Source: Candidatus Saccharimonadota bacterium (GTDB lineage Bacteria; Bacteroidota; Bacteroidia; Flavobacteriales; Blattabacteriaceae). Taken from it: a stretch of 32,000 bases of DNA. The stretch covers positions 60,001 to 92,000 of the forward strand of contig NZ_CP093908.1 in assembly GCF_024818015.1 (NCBI RefSeq), read 5' to 3'. This document shows, in pieces, positions 30,493 through 32,000 of the stretch (the stretch's first letter is position 1; each line of letters starts with the position of its first letter). The translations under genes and the position numbers were made by a program. Under the pieces are notes generated by a model. That model saw nothing but the letters and a program-made list of their open reading frames with translations. It ran no database searches and was not told where the DNA came from.

Positions 30493-31857
30493 ATGTTAAA
30501 AAATGATGAGACTATAGTAGCTATAGCTACTCCTAGTGGATATGGAGCAATTGCGGTTATACGGATTTCAGGAAATAATTCTATTAAAATTATAAAAAAA
30601 ATATTTTGCTCGTTTTCAAAAAAAAAAATTGGAAAAAATTCTATCCAGTTAGGATATATAAAAGAGAAAAACCAATTGATTGATAAGGTTTTAATTTTTT
30701 TATTTAAAAAACCAAAATCATATACTGGAGAAGATATAGTAGAAATATCTTGCCATGGATCTATTTACATCCAAAATAAATTATTATCAATAATTCTTGA
30801 CCAAGGAGCAAGATTAGCAAATCCTGGAGAATTTACTTTACGTGCATTTATTAATGGAAAGATAGACCTTTGTCAAGCTGAATCAATATTAGATATTGTA
30901 AATTCAGAGACATTTTTTTCTCATAAATTTGCTATTAATCAAATTCGGGGAAATCTTTCTATATTAATAAGAAAATTAAGTAAAAAAATCATTAATTTAT
31001 TATCATTAATAGAATTTGAATTAGATTTTTCTGAAGAAAATTGTAATTTTATAAATTATTTAGAATTAAAAAAAATGTTATATAATATAATTAAAAAATT
31101 AAAAACTTTAATAAGATCATTTAAAATAGGAAATGCTTTAAAAAATGGAATATCAGTATCTATAATAGGATGTCCTAATGTAGGAAAATCAACTTTATTT
31201 AATAAATTATTGAAATATGAAAGATCAATAGTATCTAATATTGCAGGTACAACTAGAAATTATATAGAAGATAGTTTAATTATAAATGGGATAAAATTTC
31301 GTTTTATAGACACAGCAGGTATAAATAACAATACAAAAGATTATATAGAAAAATTAGGTATAAAAAAAACATATAATAAGATTAATAAATCTGATTTAAT
31401 TTTATATGTTTTTGATGATTTAAATGAAAAATTTATATTTAAAGAAGTAAAATCCTTACAAGAAAAATATCCTAAAAAAAAAATATTTATTATTATTAAT
31501 AAATATGATTTAATTAAAAAAAAAATAAAGCCAATTAATTATAAAAAAATATTTAAAATATCTGCTAAATATGGATATGGTGTTAATAATTTATTATCTG
31601 AAATAACTTTTTTTTCTAAAAAAATGACTTCTTTAAAAGAGAGGACTATAGTAATAACTCAAACAAGACATTACGAATCTTTTAAAAAAGCTATTTTTTA
31701 TTTATATAAAGTGAAAAAAAATTTATATTCAATTTCTCCAGAATTTTTATCTATAGATATACGTACAGCTTTAGATTATTTAGGGAAAGTAACTGGTGAA
31801 GTAACTAACGAAGATATACTATCAAATATTTTTTCGAAATTTTGTATAGGAAAATAA
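30493..31857 (+). CDS. mnmE: tRNA modification GTPase MnmE (TrmE)
   Basis: 454 aa: [22 protein letters not shown]..., [15 protein letters not shown] domain [12 protein letters not shown] / DTAG / NKYD, and the C-terminal FCIGK motif. Confidence 0.93.
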   Translation: MLKNDETIVAIATPSGYGAIAVIRISGNNSIKIIKKIFCSFSKKKIGKNSIQLGYIKEKNQLIDKVLIFLFKKPKSYTGEDIVEISCHGSIYIQNKLLSIILDQGARLANPGEFTLRAFINGKIDLCQAESILDIVNSETFFSHKFAINQIRGNLSILIRKLSKKIINLLSLIEFELDFSEENCNFINYLELKKMLYNIIKKLKTLIRSFKIGNALKNGISVSIIGCPNVGKSTLFNKLLKYERSIVSNIAGTTRNYIEDSLIINGIKFRFIDTAGINNNTKDYIEKLGIKKTYNKINKSDLILYVFDDLNEKFIFKEVKSLQEKYPKKKIFIIINKYDLIKKKIKPINYKKIFKISAKYGYGVNNLLSEITFFSKKMTSLKERTIVITQTRHYESFKKAIFYLYKVKKNLYSISPEFLSIDIRTALDYLGKVTGEVTNEDILSNIFSKFCIGK

Positions 31858-31862
31858 TTGAG

Positions 31863-31936
31863 GGTGATTAGCTCAGTTGGTTAAGAGTATCTGCCTTACA
31901 AGCAGAGGGTCACTGGTTCAAATCCAGTATCACCCA
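31863..31936 (+). tRNA. tRNA-Val (anticodon TAC)
   Basis: Cloverleaf: acceptor GGGTGAT/ATCACCC, anticodon arm TCTGC-CTTACAA-GCAGA, T arm CTGGTTCAAATCCAG. No encoded CCA. Confidence 0.9.
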
Positions 31937-31943
31937 CTATTTA

Positions 31944-32000
31944 ATGTATATAGCAATGAAAATTGGTAAAAAATTTAAATGGCCTCCAGTTACAGAACTT
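31944..32000 (+). CDS. Possible start of an unidentified CDS running off the right edge (MYIAMKIGKKFKWPPVTEL...)
   Basis: ATG at 31944 (or 31956) opens a frame that is stop-free to the window end. Too short to identify. Confidence 0.2.
   Translation, partial: MYIAMKIGKKFKWPPVTEL

Overview
This is an extremely AT-rich, almost gap-free window. It looks like a highly reduced Bacteroidetes (Flavobacteriales-type) insect-endosymbiont genome, Sulcia-like, but the identity cannot be confirmed without a database search. All content is core housekeeping.

Minus strand, 1-7536: rpoB (3' end outside the window), a fused rplJ-rplL reading frame, rplA, rplK, a possible mini-secE, tRNA-Trp, tuf, a tRNA Thr-Gly-Tyr-Thr cluster and sufE. 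This is the classic thrU-tyrU-glyT-thrT-tuf-secE-(nusG)-rplKAJL-rpoB synteny, with nusG absent.

Plus strand, 7733-12505: one very compact rRNA operon (16S, tRNA-Ile, tRNA-Ala, 23S, 5S).

The remainder holds clpP, clpX, mutS, tRNA-Gly, tRNA-Leu, rpsB, rpsI, rplM, dnaK, infC (non-ATG start, missing from the ORF track), rpmI, rplT, def, ruvX, dapD, ilvE, an HD-domain remnant of a CCA-adding-enzyme family protein, mnmA, dnaJ, grpE, lpdA, an M42-peptidase homolog, rbfA, mnmE, tRNA-Val and a short partial ORF at the right edge.

I found no mobile elements, CRISPR arrays, defence or toxin systems, or any novel multi-gene cassette. The noteworthy signals are consequences of extreme genome reduction:
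- L10 lacks a stop codon and reads into L7/L12 through an A9 tract.
- The 16S 3' tail has lost the CCUCC anti-Shine-Dalgarno core.
- The CCA-enzyme homolog lacks its catalytic head, while none of the 10 tRNAs encodes CCA.
- The M42 peptidase homolog has lost several metal-ligand motifs.
- ClpX lacks its zinc-binding domain and DnaJ has only two of four zinc-finger motifs.
- A tRNA overlaps the 3' end of mutS.
- Convergent genes share palindromic stop tetranucleotides.
- Essential genes contain long poly(A/T) tracts.

Standard genetic code 11 fits all ORFs.
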